Notes: a model not told the origin generated them from the letters alone. Positions 36,894 through 50,600 are shown, counted from the whole stretch's first letter. The stretch: DNA of 63,997 nucleotides, filler included, from Basidiobolus ranarum (GCA_040143965.1; 4 parts of 4 records of this genome joined end to end with filler, not necessarily neighbours in it), one strand, 5' to 3'. Numbers and translations are program-made.

Positions 36894-39051
36894 AGCACCT
36901 TGTCACCTGTCCTAATACAAACTCTTCGTATAAAATAAAATGCCATTTCAAATATTGTACTCCATATCGGCATATTAAACAATGAAGCATCTGCCTTCCT
37001 TTACGACTATGACTAGTTATGGCTGATTATTTGGCTGATTTGTTTCTAACTAGGTTGGTACATAATCATTTGTTGTGATAGAACAATCTAAGATTAGTCA
37101 TTAATGGTGAGAGTGCGCATACCTATAGACTATCCGATGAGAAAGATAATGCATTTGATTTGTATGCATATCATGAGCATATATACTGCAACCCTGCGAC
37201 TGTATCCTACTAAAGGTATGATATAAAAACCCGTTTGAGCACACTTCACTTCATCAATAAAGCCGAGTGAGAGGCGTCAGTAGTGTCAATCCCATGTCAA
37301 TTCCACAGAAAGACTAGATATACGGAAAGTAAACATCTGGGGGAATATTCAGTGAGTATTTCGGGTTAGACTTATAATGATTGGTAAGCTTTCGAAACAT
37401 ACTTGTTCCATTCGAAGATAAATATATATATGCACCATGGTTAAACTGAGAGATGGAGTAATTTCCGGGTTAGGTTACATATTAAGAATGGCAACAACCT
37501 TTGGGGAAATAGTTCTTGCTTGTAGGACTGGTAATTCCAAACGTCAGCATCCTTCTATGCTGAGTAACTGATCCTGATGAATATAGATGAGCAGGTTCGT
37601 TCCCCCTGAAAGAGATGAGAGGTCCTTGTTCAACAAGCTTTAACTCAAACAGTGTGGGTAGTAGTGTGAGCTTTTCTCAGGTTCCCGAGTGGCTAGGTTT
37701 GACATAAGACCTGGTCGATTCATTCAACAGGATCCTAGTAATAACACATCAGATCCAACATCAACACTGGACTGACCTATCTACCTACTCAATTGAACAG
37801 CCTTACGAAGGAAGGTGATTTTGTTCTATAGTCCTTTTTGGCCTGAGATTTGAGAAAGAAAACCAGACTCATCAATGGATTTTCACGCGTATTTTCTTAT
37901 TTCCAAAAGTCTGGAATCTTCTTGAATGGCCGAGGCAGAAATAGGGTGAGGTGGTGAGCGATATGGACTTTAGGGTAAGTGGTGTGACTGGGATTTGCAT
38001 CTTTTGGCGGAGTGAAACGCAGGCTAGATGTTGGTGCTCCTGCATATCCTGCACTTCGTACTTTACTATCCAGATTCCTCCGAGCTGTGTAACATTATCA
38101 ACAATACTCATATTTACGAGTGGTTAAGCTAGAATAAGGATGAGGGTTAGGGCAAGGGTGAGGGTGGAATCAAGCAGGCCCAAGCTCTGCATGAGCTGAT
38201 TAGGCTAACGAGAGCATATAATTCAGCCAAATTGGGCCTCATGAAACCGCGATAAAGACCAGAACGATAGTTGGATCCCCCATTTTCAGAGAAGAGCCTA
38301 TAGTTATTGTTGAATTTAAGGATCGAACTCACCTCTATTTTAAGAACACTGGGGCCATTGATATTTATATTTGTTGGCTAAGCTAAAAGAAGAGATCTCC
38401 GGCACAAGTCGGGTGTGTGAGTTCTTAGAACGCAAGTGTATGGCATTCGAAGTAGCATTAGGTTGTGATTCAAACACGACGGGGGATATCGGCTACTTCC
38501 CACACGAAGGATTTAATTTAGCTTTTCGATTATGTGACTGCATTCATCCTAATCTTCACTGGATCAACATGTTGACCGGTTTTGTCATATTAAATCAAAG
38601 ATATTGATCCATCAACAAAGTGTAAAGTGTGCTGAAACCTGTTCCGATTCTTAAGCAAATCATCACTCAGTTCCTTCAATGATACCCCTTCTTCCATCTT
38701 ATCTTCTATCAGTTGAGGATTATTCCTGCCCTTTCCAAATCTATTAAATCTCTCAGATCCCTTACCATATTTGTATCGGATCACCAATCATTGGTAACAA
38801 GTTACAATCTCACCATCCTCTTTTCTGTTCATTTCATATAAAATTGTGGCTTCTCTCTCTTGTTTTGGTCAACGTCTAGTTCTATTCTTCAAGCTCCAAG
38901 TTACTTTTAAAGCGACTCTCTTTTCTGAAATTGTTGATGTGCCTCAATACTCTTCCACTCAGAGCTAGTTATTGTTGATTAGAGTCCCTTAGTCCCCAAA
39001 AAATTACCTGTTCACAAGCTCTGTTTCCATTCCCCTTCCCCCACCTTTACG

Positions 39052-39998
39052 ATGGAGTATATCGATCTCTCTTATTCTGAAATTATTCCTGCCGCAAAAC
39101 CCACCGTGTGTGTAGATTACTTATCTCACGAATGGGTTGAAGATGACCTTATGACTTCTTGGAGAGTCATATCCAAATCCAAAAAAACCCTTGATAACGG
39201 TGTGCGTCTAGAAAACGCGTGTTGGAGAAGTTGGATGAAGCAGAAGAACCTTCTTGAAACTGTAACTCCAGAGTCTCTCAACTGGTAAGTGGTTATTCTA
39301 TTATTGGTGGAGATGTTGTAATAACTCTAACCTATCCCAATTTTCATAGGCTTAAAGATAGTGATATCACCTGGCTCTATGGCCCTTTTTATACCCACAA
39401 CAGAAATACCCTTCCTCTACACGAAAATTTCAAACTCCCCACGTCTCCTAGTGGGCTGAAACCAGTCCTTAAGAAAGTCAATTCTGGTGATTCTTTTTTA
39501 AATCGCATACCGCTTTCTAAATCTGCAGTGTTTTTACGTCAAATCAACACCTTTGAGCGCACGGATTGCATCAAAGCTGAGGAGAGCCGTCCTAAGCTTC
39601 GTTTCAATAACCAGGTTGAGCAATGTGTAGCGATTAGTTCGGATGAAGACGACATCAGTGAAGAGGAAGAAGGCATCATCTTTGACACTTTCCCTACTCG
39701 TAAATGTTTGTCAACCATCCAAAAGATTCCGCCTACCAAATTAAAGCCAGAGCCCATCATTCGAGAAACCCAGTATCCTTGGACTTCCACCACAAATATC
39801 CTGGCTACATATGACGAGGACGATCCAAGTATTTATGAAAAAGATTACTGGCCAACCAGTGATGAAATGGATCAAGAAATAAGCGCGCAAACTACGGAAA
39901 TGATACTGACGTTCGATAACTGCACTACAGTTGTAAATAATTTATACGATATCGTATCATGGCTGTCAGCAACAATACTAAGCAACAGTATATTTTAA
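39052..39998 (+). CDS. Reg1-like PP1 regulatory protein (DUF1752 domain)
   Basis: VDYLSHEW...SWR...RLENACWRSWMK...PESLNWLKDSDITWLYGP, plus KLRFNNQVEQCVAI (Reg1-like PP1-docking region); intron 39285-39349. Confidence 0.82.
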
Positions 39999-41014
39999 TG
40001 CCGTAGTGCTGGTCTGTCATTAACTCTCGAAACCCCAGTTGAGCCTCCCCTATCTGCATCGCCATCAAACTCTTACTCTTCTCAACTCTTACAACGCTGA
40101 CCTTTATCTAATCATCATCGCCGCTCACCTTTAAGCAAGAAAGAAACACTTTTTGGATACTTTCCGAAAGTTAAATATCTATTGTTATATTTGGCACGCA
40201 ACCTATATTTTATTAGGTGTTGTAACATATATTGCGCCACTTCGAATGTCACCCTTTACTTTTACATGTGACCTGTAATACACCAACATTTGTACTTTGA
40301 CATTTCTACAGGATAGAAAATTGGTTTAGCAATTCGTTCATACTCTTCAACTCCATTGCAAGCCAAACACCACGAAGACACATTGGGCAGCTCTGATTAA
40401 ATTGCTACAACTAAAGTCTTCCTGACTCTCACCCCTCCTTCGCGTACAAATCCTATTGTAATATAAATATTTTGATTTAAAACTTGATTTATATGAAGCT
40501 TCATTTCTTCTCAGTAAACCCTATTCTTTGCAGTAGAAATCATCTAAATTAACTCGAAATGCACATCGCTGATCTTGTTAGTTACTGCTCGTTATATGGA
40601 TTCATTTGGAAAGAAATTGTTGAAATATCCATTAAACAATCATTCAATAAATTACTGTTGGAAAGTGACTCAGATGGTTTTCAATTAGGTCTCTCAAGAT
40701 GGGAAACATACAAGTCACCACACAAATTCAACCTATATTTAATAATCCACCACTTATTGTTTAAACTTGGAATACTCATTAGATAGCATTTATGATGCAC
40801 CTAACGACCAATTGGATCCAAGGTAGAGTAATAGGTTCTAAATCCGAATGATTTGGAATAAAATTATTTAGTTCATCTTGAAATTCATTTCATACGTTTT
40901 ACCACTCGCGTTACCTTTTTTTTCTTATTAGTATATCACTCTTACTTTTACTCTCACTTTTCTCTACATTTTTACCTTTACCTTTACGTTTATTTTTACA
41001 CTCACTTTATAACC

Positions 41015-41964
41015 ATGACTACCGCTGCTCGTCCAACATTCGATCCAGCTCGTGGTAAAGATAATAGTGCACCATCAAAGATTTATAGCGCTAGAGATCT
41101 AGCCAATCATACGAAACTTAAGTTTAGGTATGTAAAAAGTTCAATATTCTAGTAAGAAATAACGAAAATCATAGAAGAATAATTAATTCAAACCCCCCTT
41201 TCGATTTTTAGACAAACTGGACAAGGTACACAAGAAGAAGTAGATAAAATTAACTTAAGAAAGCAACTATTTTTGGCTGAAAGAGAACACTTTGAAAACC
41301 AAAAAAAATCTTCTGGACAAAATCAACTGGACGAAAAAGAAAGGAAATTATTGGAAGATAGTAAAAGATTAGACGCTGACGATTCGGAAGAAAACTCGGA
41401 AGATAGTGAAGAGGATAGTGAAGATAGGTGAGTAAAATTGAGATGTGAGAAGAGGAGAGGGTTTATTTTTAGTGGTATATATAAATACACACATATATAT
41501 CTATTTGATTTATTGTCGATTTATATGTTCCTACATTTTTGACACATTATTTAACAGTATTTCTTCATTTTATGTAGTTCTGAAGAGGAAGATGACGATG
41601 ATGATACTGCAGAATTGTTAAGGGAGTTGGAGAAGATAAAAAAGGAACGTGCAGAGGAGAAAGAACGACTGGAGAATGAACGTGCGCTGGAAGAGGAAAG
41701 TAAACGTCAAGAACAAATTGCCACTGGAAATCCACTTTTAAACCTTGGAGAAAGTAAAGATTTTAGTGTGAAGCGAAGGTAATTTAAAGAGTTATTAATG
41801 GTTTTAAGTTGAAATACTAATGGATTATTATTTAAAGATGGGATGATGATGTTATCTTTAAAAATCAATCTAAAGGGTTCATTAACAAGCCCAAGAGACG
41901 ATTCGTAAATGACTTGGTTAGATCCGATTTCCATCGAAAATTCATGGGAAAATATATTAGATAG
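41015..41964 (+). CDS. CWC15: Pre-mRNA splicing factor Cwc15/Cwf15
   Basis: [14 protein letters not shown]...HTKLKFRQTGQG...[13 protein letters not shown]...GNPLL...[13 protein letters not shown]...[20 protein letters not shown]. Three introns. Confidence 0.95.
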
Positions 41965-42555
41965 TGTTCAAAGTGAGTGATATTCACTTGTCATTCTTTT
42001 TGTGTACATTAATCGCACATCACTCCCACCGCCACCCACTCCTGGAGATATCATACATCGTTACTAATGATGTTCTAGAAGATCAACTTTGTCAATGAAT
42101 TTATTGTGGGTCGAATTTGTAATTGAAGGCTGTGAAGATTATCAGAAATAAAACCATGAGTTCCACATTTTCAGTCATCAGTTGACATTTAAAACTACTT
42201 GTAGAACTAATTGTTAAGCAACAATCTTTAGAGCGATTCTGCACTTTCAACTATTTAGCTGGGAGAGAGGTCTATTTTTACACATTCAATTCGAAGCCTC
42301 ATGGCTATCATCCGCCGGGTTTATAATGCATCAATCAGGCTAAAGTCTAGATGAGGTAACATTGATCCCATTATTAGTCAAGGATTTATGAATATTGAAT
42401 GCAAGAAAAATTTTCACTTTTTGGTGAGTATTTTGAACTAGGGAATACCTAGAGATACATTAATTGACTACATCTATATTGAAGTGACTTGATTATTTCT
42501 ATTAGTGATTTTCCCTTTAATACCTTATTATTACCACACTATTTGGTAAAGAAAT

Positions 42556-43930
42556 ATGTTCGAAGAGTTCGCTACGAATCCCATGTTTTCTGCAGGTGCC
42601 GGTCTGGTCGGTATCGGTGTAGCGTTAGGTCTCTTAAAACAGGGAGTCGGTCATGGAGCACAATTCGCACGTAGACAACTATTGGTTACTTTAGAGATAC
42701 CTAGTAAAGATAAAAGTTATCACTGGTTTTTACAGTGGATGTCAGTTCAAGGTGCCCGTAGTACACGTCACTTAGCCGTAGAAACCTCTTTTAAACAACA
42801 CGATAACGGTAGTGTTAGTACGAATTTTAGTTTCGTACCTGGACCAGGAAAGCACTTTTTCAAATATAATAAGGCTTGGATTCAGGTATGTATTTTCACT
42901 CCCCTTTAAATTCCTTTTTATATTTCTTCTTTTACTTTCTTATCCTATGGTATGGAAAGGAAAGGAAAGGAAAAGAAAAGAAATTCAATACAAAAAAATG
43001 GGTTTCTTATCTTATTCTATCATTGAATAGGTTCAACGTCAACGTGACGGTAAATTAATGGACTTAACTACCGGTAGTCCTTGGGAAACGGTGGTTTTAA
43101 CCACTTTACATAGAGATCGTCACGTATTCTCCGAATTATTAGCTGAAGCACAAAAAACCGCATTATCTAGACAAGAAGGGAAAACGGTGATTTATACCAG
43201 TTGGGGACCAGAATGGAGACCATTCGGTAATCCACGTAAACGTAGATCATTGAGTTCAGTCGTATTAGGTACTGGAATTAAAGAAAGAATTGTGAAGGAT
43301 GTTAAGGAGTTCATTAACAATGGTAAATGGTATAATGAAAGAGGAATCCCTTATAGAAGAGGCTACTTACTCTACGGACCACCTGGTAGTGGTAAAAGTA
43401 GTTTCATTCAAGCGTTGGCCGGGGAATTGGAGTACAATATATGCATATTGAATTTAAGTGAAAGAGGACTTACCGATGATAGATTAAATCATCTTCTAAG
43501 TATCGTACCGGAACGTAGTCTGTTACTCTTGGAAGATATTGATGCCGCTTTCTCTAAACGCTCACAAACAGATCAACAAGGATTCCAATCGATGGTCACT
43601 TTTAGTGGATTGTTAAACGCACTTGATGGTGTGGCATCTTCTGAGGAACGTGTGGTATTCATGACCACAAATCATATCGAAAAACTTGATTCAGCCTTGG
43701 TTCGTCCGGGAAGAATCGACGTCAAAGAGTATCTTGGAAATGCTAGTGAACATCAAATGCGTACACTCTTCTTACGTTTTTATGATGAGAAGTATGATTT
43801 GGCAGATAAATTCGTGGATGCCTTGAAAGGTAAAGAAATCAGTACTGCACAACTTCAAGGTCACTTTGTTTATTTCAGAAATAATCCAGTTGGTGCGGTG
43901 GAGAATGTATCGATGCTAGAGATTAACTAA
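42556..43930 (+). CDS. BCS1: Mitochondrial AAA chaperone Bcs1
   Basis: [61 protein letters not shown]; intron 42886-43030. Confidence 0.95.
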
Positions 43931-44139
43931 TAATTCACAGCATCCATTTTGTCTTCATCTCCACACATCTACACACACCATTCATCTGCTTAATAAATGA
44001 TTTCGGTATTTGCATTTAATCTAGACGGTAGTGTCTCTTTAATTGTAGCAATAATGATACAGTATGTCAGCAATAAATATATGGTGACGAGTGGAGTGAG
44101 GGTGAGGGTGGACAATGTATATGGCGATTCTATTCTAAA

Positions 44140-44211
44140 TGAATATGATTGTTACTGGGATTCCTGCTCGGATTCTGAATATGATTGTTACTGGGATTCC
44201 TGCTCGGATTC
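44140..44211. repeat. Perfect 36-bp tandem duplication (2 copies)
   Basis: tgaatatgattgttactgggattcctgctcggattc twice, between the convergent BCS1 and MPS1 3' ends. Confidence 0.92.
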
Positions 44212-44261
44212 TTGCTAGTGGATGATCCCAAGTCATGCTTAAATTAGATGTGTGTTCTCCT

Positions 44262-47200
44262 TCACATTGGCTCGATTTTCAGTTCTCGTTGAAGGATCTG
44301 ATTAAGAAACGTAAGTAAAAGTGGGGCTGGTGATAGATAGAATGGCGTAACTAGACATTACCTCGGAAATATCCTCTATCTCACTGTCCGATGATGGCGT
44401 GTAGGTGCCGTGAATTTTGACCTTCAGATCTTTCAGCGATAATGTTCGTTTCACAATGATTCCGATCATTTCCGCCGTCAGTGCAGGCCCATGGCATTTA
44501 TCTGTGGATGTGTGGGGCCTGATGAACGTATGGTTTAGAAGCTCAGGGATGGTCAACCTTTGTCCGGGGTCTCTTTCCAGACATTTGCGTATGACAGACA
44601 ACAGCTCCTCATCCACTGGTACTTCTTCGGCAAATGGTGGGAAGTCTATCTCATAATTAGGGTTGGGAATTGCCTTTAGCTTCTGATAAAGGTTGAGATG
44701 TGAGAACGGGGTATGGCCGTATATCATTTGATATAAGATACATCCCAGTGACCAGACGTCGCTTGCTCGACCAAGCTATATTACTGACATGGTGAGTTGT
44801 TGCATCATTTGTTTCATAAATATATCATTGTTACCTTCATGACGCGAGCTCCATCAGGGCCACATTGTGAAGGTGCGGTTTCTGAAAGCGCCTCGGGAGA
44901 CATATAGTTGACAGTGCCAATCTAAAATGAAAATTGAATTTAGTGTTCCAGATGGTTGGATAGTTGGATGTTTGGATAGTTGGATGTTTGGATAGTTGGA
45001 TGGTTGGAGAAAACCCAAATTACCTGTTGATCTCGGTAAATGTGATTGGTGTCATTGGCGATTGCTTTGGCTATTCCAAAATCAATTAATTTCAATGACC
45101 CCTCTACTAGCAAGAAATTGGCAGGTTTGAGATCGGAGTGGACAATCTTCTCCTCATGGATTGCATGGACAGCTTGTAGCATCTGGTTCCATTTGACATA
45201 GAAATTAGTACGGCGCAGGTGAAATAACTGTCCACATGGTAAAATTTACCTGTTCCCAATACATTCGTACGAAATTCAAGTTTATGGGCTTGCCTTGCTG
45301 CCTTTGTAGGACATGTGCCAAGTCAATTTCTCCACATTCCATGACCTAAAGGAACCATTAGTTCGGAGAAACCTTGTAAGCGATGGAGAAACAAAGTTGT
45401 ACCTACCATCAAAAGATACCCTTTGTCGTAATTGACTTCGGAATCGTGGAGTTTAATGATGCAATCGTTTTTGGAAAGGCGGTTTAATAAATTAATTTCA
45501 TTGATGTATCCAGTAATGGTTTTCTTATCAGCGCTATCAAATGTGACTTTCTTGAGCGCATATATCTTATTGTTGGGTGCCATTACTTTGTAAACTTTAC
45601 TACTGCCTCCTCGCCCGATAATCTCAAGACGTGTGAATGAGCGATTGTTAACCTGAGAGACATGCTGAATCAATAATAAATCCAATATATTAAACTACAT
45701 AAATACCCCTCACCATAATAGTACTACGTGTGTTGCGTTGCTCTGGAGGAGGCATAGCATTCGATAATGCACTGGGTGATGGTGCTTTGTTTACCGACTC
45801 AAAAGCCTTCGGTTCATGTGCTAGGGTATTGGTCTTGGCGGAGTTAGCCAACATAGGTGCAGAGTCTTCTGTCGAATGAGGTTTCTCCGCCGGCTCCGTA
45901 AACTTCGAAATCTTGGGAGCCTCAGGCTCAGAAGAATGTGGGTTAACGGGGGTTTCCTTGGGTAGAGAGTCAGTACGGGCATGATGACTTTCAGGTGGAT
46001 TGTCAATGTACTATATTGTTCATAGTCGAATTAGTTACTAATAGAGGTAGCATATCTATACATCTATGTGGGCTGCTTACTTGAGGAATTGCCTTGGGGA
46101 GAGTCTCTGAAGGACGAGGAAGCAACTCTGGACTTGATGGGCGTAATGTTTCTTTCTTTTGATTTTGCTGATTATTTATAAAGTAGTTATTAATCTTATT
46201 CCTTGGCAGATCGTGGATGATATTCTTACTCTATCCATATAGGGTCTAGGTAATAAGCGCGGTTTGGATGCCAATTTATGTTCTTCATTCTCTGTGGGTG
46301 AGTAGCTTTCGTTATTCAAGAGATCTTGTTGACGTTGGCTCGGATTGCTCACACCATCCATCGATAAAGAATGAGTGAGAGAGGGCTTTCGAGGAGTTGG
46401 TTCCTTTTTTTGAGAGGAGTCATGGTCTCTTTTGAAGGCTGATGGTGAAATGATTAAATTTGAGGAACTGCTTGAAATGAAGAGGAGTCTACGTACTTGG
46501 GTCGTTGAACGGATGTGATACTTTGTGTACTTTTTCATTATCATTTTCGATTGGCTTAATTGGCTGCTCGTCGATTGCTGGACCTTGCTCTTCTTCCACT
46601 TCGTTTAGAGCATCCTCTAATCGGAATCGTTTAGGGGGGCCTAAGGTGGATTGTTTAGAGGAAATCATAACTCAATCAATTGCAAGAGAATAGCATACCT
46701 AATCCAACTCTACTAGCTCTTTTCCATTTCATAATCGAGCTTGTACGCTTGCCATAAGGCCCACTTTGAAAAGCATGAGTATATGAACCGAATGGTCAAT
46801 CAATAGCATATTCAACTTACCTTGGCTTATCTGACGGCGTGGATATTGTAGTGTCTGGTAATGTTAAAATGCTAGTTCGTTTCGTATCACTTTGAGGGAG
46901 TGATATGTTGGATAAATGGGATATAGTCTTTGAAATACTCGGGGTTGCCGCTATAGGCTACATCAATGGTTAATTTAAGAATGGTTAGATATTTGACTAT
47001 TGAATGACTTACATCAAGTAATAGCTTTGATTGGAATTCAAAGGATAAATCACTCGAGTCTTCAGTTGGACTGAGAACTGGAGTGGAGCTGTTTTCTTGT
47101 GATTCTCTGATAAATTGCTCTGTAGAATTTGTTGAATTATCATAACTGCCTTTTCGAAGCTTGGTTATGGTGTTTAATAGACTCTCTTTTTCTGGTAAGT

Positions 47201-47711
47201 CCTCAGAAAATCCATTCTACAATAGAATAAGAATATCAGTAAATGGAAATGGAAATGAAATATAACGAAGTTAGACTTACCAGTGGCTCTGAATAATTAT
47301 TGGTTGTCGGTTTCTGGATATATTCTCGCAAAGATGAGGCTTTATCTTCTTTCTTTTTAAAAATGTTGTCTAAAACAAACTCGGAAACTTCGTCTGAATG
47401 ATCAGTTTGGTTTTCGAATAAGGAGACCATTGTTCCTTCATTAGTGAGAAATGGTTTTCGTGTCTCGGCTTTAGATTGTAAAAGAGTGGGTTCTTTAGTG
47501 GAGAAAAAATCACTCACGTAACTATGAAAGGTCGATTCGGGGGGATTTTGGGGACTCACTCGGGATTGTTCAGGAGTAGCATCTTTACGAAAGAGAGCCT
47601 CTCTAGTGGAAAATATCTGAAAGTAGAATGGGTTATATATGAGAAAGGGTTGAGGGTATGTCACAGAAAGGGTCACAGAAAGGCAGTACTTACACCGTCA
47701 AGTTCAGCCAT
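44262..47711 (-). CDS. MPS1: Mps1/TTK spindle checkpoint kinase (many introns; start tentative)
   Basis: [80 protein letters not shown]. Likely first exon is MAELDG at 47711. Confidence 0.88.
44950..45008. repeat. Intronic minisatellite (8-bp units TTGGATAG/TTGGATGT)
   Basis: gatggttggatagttggatgtttggatagttggatgtttggatagttggatggttgga inside an MPS1 intron. Confidence 0.85.
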
Positions 47712-48525
47712 ATGTTGACACAGTAAATAGGATAATTATGGGGGGAGAATATATTGCTGGCTGATAAGTAGTAGGGATGTAAGGTTAAAAACGAACTTCT
47801 GCAAGCAACAAAGTTGATTGAGTTTCTTTGGGACAGATTGGAAATGTTTTGATTTTTGTTTACATTGTATCTCACTTGTGAATCTCCTTTTGTTTGGGAA
47901 ATCGAAGTGGATATTTTTAGGGTACACCCTACATCCTTCAGGCCCAGTCACTGACAACAAATCAGATACTAATGGATAAGATAAATATAATATTCTGATC
48001 ATCGGTATTTAGCTTTCGAATAACCAACCAAATACTCAGCATCTCTCATAGCACTAGCCTTGTAGCATTATAGCAAGAACAGACTTCATTGGCACCGTCC
48101 TTTGTAACGAATCAGGTTACTAACCAATTCACAAACATAATACCTGCCTAGAGTTAGGACCAATTCATGATCTTTGTTTTCATCCTCAAACTTCTTAATT
48201 CGTTCAACTAAGCCACACCAAAATTCTAGGTATTTGGGTTGGAGATCGTTATGGAAGCACCTTTGCACATCAATTGCTGGGCAATATAATAGCGACGTTT
48301 TAATTAATATTTAAACCTTGTTTGATTTAGCTACAAAAAAATGGCAAGTTTGAAGAATAAAATTTAGATTCTTAATATATGATTCTCAATTTAAATTCAA
48401 TAAAAACTGACGGAACTCAAATAATGTAAGCATTATAGTGTATGGAGTATATATATGGTCATGCGTTGGGAGTTTTCTTGTAAACCATATTCTAACCAGA
48501 GAAATGAAGATGGAGGTTGCGATCG

Positions 48526-49002
48526 TCAGATGACTATGTCGATGTAAGTTGGCGCACTCATCGAGTACTTTGGTAGTTCGTGGGTGACTATATGACTAAC
48601 ATTGATAGCCGGGAAATCTTCGGAATCAAGGGAAGAGATTGATGAACTATCGTCTCGGGGTGTCTGACTGGTTTCTATCCATTTCTCCTTTAACCAAGAT
48701 TTATGAACTTTACATAAACTTGCCGGGAATCTGCCCAGGGTCTTGTTCATATCATTATGTAAGAAACCCACAAAGTAATCTTCCTTTTTTTCTATCACCT
48801 TAATAATGTCTCCCTTGAGAAATGACAGAGTATCTAGAAACTTCTCATCTCCATGATAATCACTCATCGCTTCGACAACTGACACCACTCGACTTGAATA
48901 AGCGTTAATGGAGGTAACAGAGCCGCTGGTGTCTACTGACTTGTCGTCAGTCATACGTGAATAGCGCTTCGACCCAAAACAACATTGTAACATGGCTCTC
49001 AT
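48526..49002 (-). CDS. Small SH3-domain protein
   Basis: VEAMSDYHG...TLSFLKGDIIKVIEKKEDYFVG...GRFPASLC fits the SH3 pattern. Intronless, with TATAAAT upstream. Confidence 0.7.
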   Translation of the reverse strand: MRAMLQCCFGSKRYSRMTDDKSVDTSGSVTSINAYSSRVVSVVEAMSDYHGDEKFLDTLSFLKGDIIKVIEKKEDYFVGFLHNDMNKTLGRFPASLCKVHKSWLKEKWIETSQTPRDDSSSISSLDSEDFPAINVSHIVTHELPKYSMSAPTYIDIVI

Positions 49003-49570
49003 GAATGATATTCCAAAAATGAATAGATAGTTGGGATGGCAATAATTCGAGGCTAAAGCAGTACGGCTATATTTATAGGAATACCACAGTAAGATCTGGC
49101 ATTGTTCTTACTCCACGAACAAAGGGGTATGTACATTAGTTAGAAAAAGGAATATACATGAAGGATAGGGAAACGCTCACAAGCTGTCTCTCCCTCGCTG
49201 TTTCATTTGCCATTCTTCATAATTGAACTCCAATGACAATCCATTTTGTCAGTAATTCCACAATAGACAAACGAAGCAAGATGGGGTTATTAGGAGGTAG
49301 AGCCCCACATTAAAAATAGCGGAAAAGGAGAAATGCATAAGTATTCTGGAAAATCGATAGAAGTCGACCACCCATCCTCGAAAGTAAGAACAATAGTCAT
49401 GCAAAGTATGAATCAGCCTAAATAAAGAGCATATTAGACGATATTTATATATGTACTCTCCATAATGAGATCTCTGTATGCATATATATCTCAATTGCTG
49501 TGCCTATTTTGAATAGCACCTCCCTTTTGCGTGTCCACTAATATCGTCTATCCCTTGAGGGGAAGCTTAA

Positions 49571-49670
49571 NNNNNNNNNNNNNNNNNNNNNNNNNNNNNN
49601 NNNNNNNNNNNNNNTTAATTAATTAANNNNNNNNNNNNNNNNNNNNNNNNNNNNNNNNNNNNNNNNNNNN
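49571..49670. other. Artificial contig-joining spacer
   Basis: 44 N + TTAATTAATTAA + 44 N. Confidence 0.98.
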
Positions 49671-49790
49671 TGAAATGCAAGCTACATTGATCTAAAGATT
49701 CATCTATACAAAAGCAGCCGTAGAATGAAATCCTAACAGCTGTTCAGTCATCCAATCCTTCTTCTACTATCTTCTCACAATCTGGTTGTC

Positions 49791-50600
49791 ATGAAAGCTA
49801 GGTACGAACTACCATTTGCTTATCTAATCACCATCACTTTTGTTGGCCAGTTGTTGGGTGCTGATGATGGAAACAGTAATAGTCCAAGCAGTGGTACTGG
49901 AATTAAGGCAGTTGATCTGCCCAAGGTAATAATGTTACTATGCATCTCTTGCAAAATTCCAACAATAACTCACCTTTTATTTTGGATATAGATAGTTCCA
50001 TACAGCCAGTTTCCAGAAGCGGAACGACCAGAGAGTGTTTTTGCAGGAAGACAAGAAACGAATATCGAGTGCCTTCGCGCAGTCCAGGAAGCTGAGGCTA
50101 AGAACCCAATCCTAAAGGAGTGTTATCCTAACACTGGTCTGTTTTTCAGTCCCATTAATACAGTATGTTCGAGCAAATGCTTCGAACAGTCGGTAAATGC
50201 CTCCAAGATAATAGCCAGTAGATGCGATACAAACCACTCTGCTGGTAATAGTAAAGACATGGTGTTTACTTCTTGGTCAGTACTTGAGGATGCAAAAGCT
50301 TATTGCTCTCGTGATGACAGTCTGTATTGTATTCGAAAAATTAAAAATTTTGAAGAAGTCGGACTAAAAAGAAAAAAGGGGATAGCACCTACTGAGGAGA
50401 CAAAGGAAAAACTATGCAAGCCTTGTGTTAAAGAACTCCATGATATGATAAAGAGGCATATAGCAGATAACAGATTCATCCCTCGAGTTTACTACGACCA
50501 ACCTAAACACGTTAAAGAAATTATCCCCGAGATAGAAGAATTGTGCGGAGATAAATTAAAGTTGGATATGTCAGAGGAAGACACGGATTCGGGACAATAG
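49791..50600 (+). CDS. Secreted cysteine-rich protein of unknown function
   Basis: Signal-peptide-like N-terminus. Intron 49926-49991 joins in frame to an exon with 10 Cys (including CSSKC and CKPC). Confidence 0.72.

Noticed and set aside
37678..37725. tRNA-like A and B boxes
   Set aside because: Cannot be folded into a cloverleaf and the spacing is wrong.
43997..44218. 73-aa Cys-repeat ORF (EYDCYWDSCSDS x2)
   Set aside because: A by-product of the 36-bp DNA duplication in a 3' UTR region.
47736..48268. Short minus-strand ORFs as an N-terminal TPR extension of MPS1
   Set aside because: No consistent splice path. An in-frame stop precedes the ATG at 47711.
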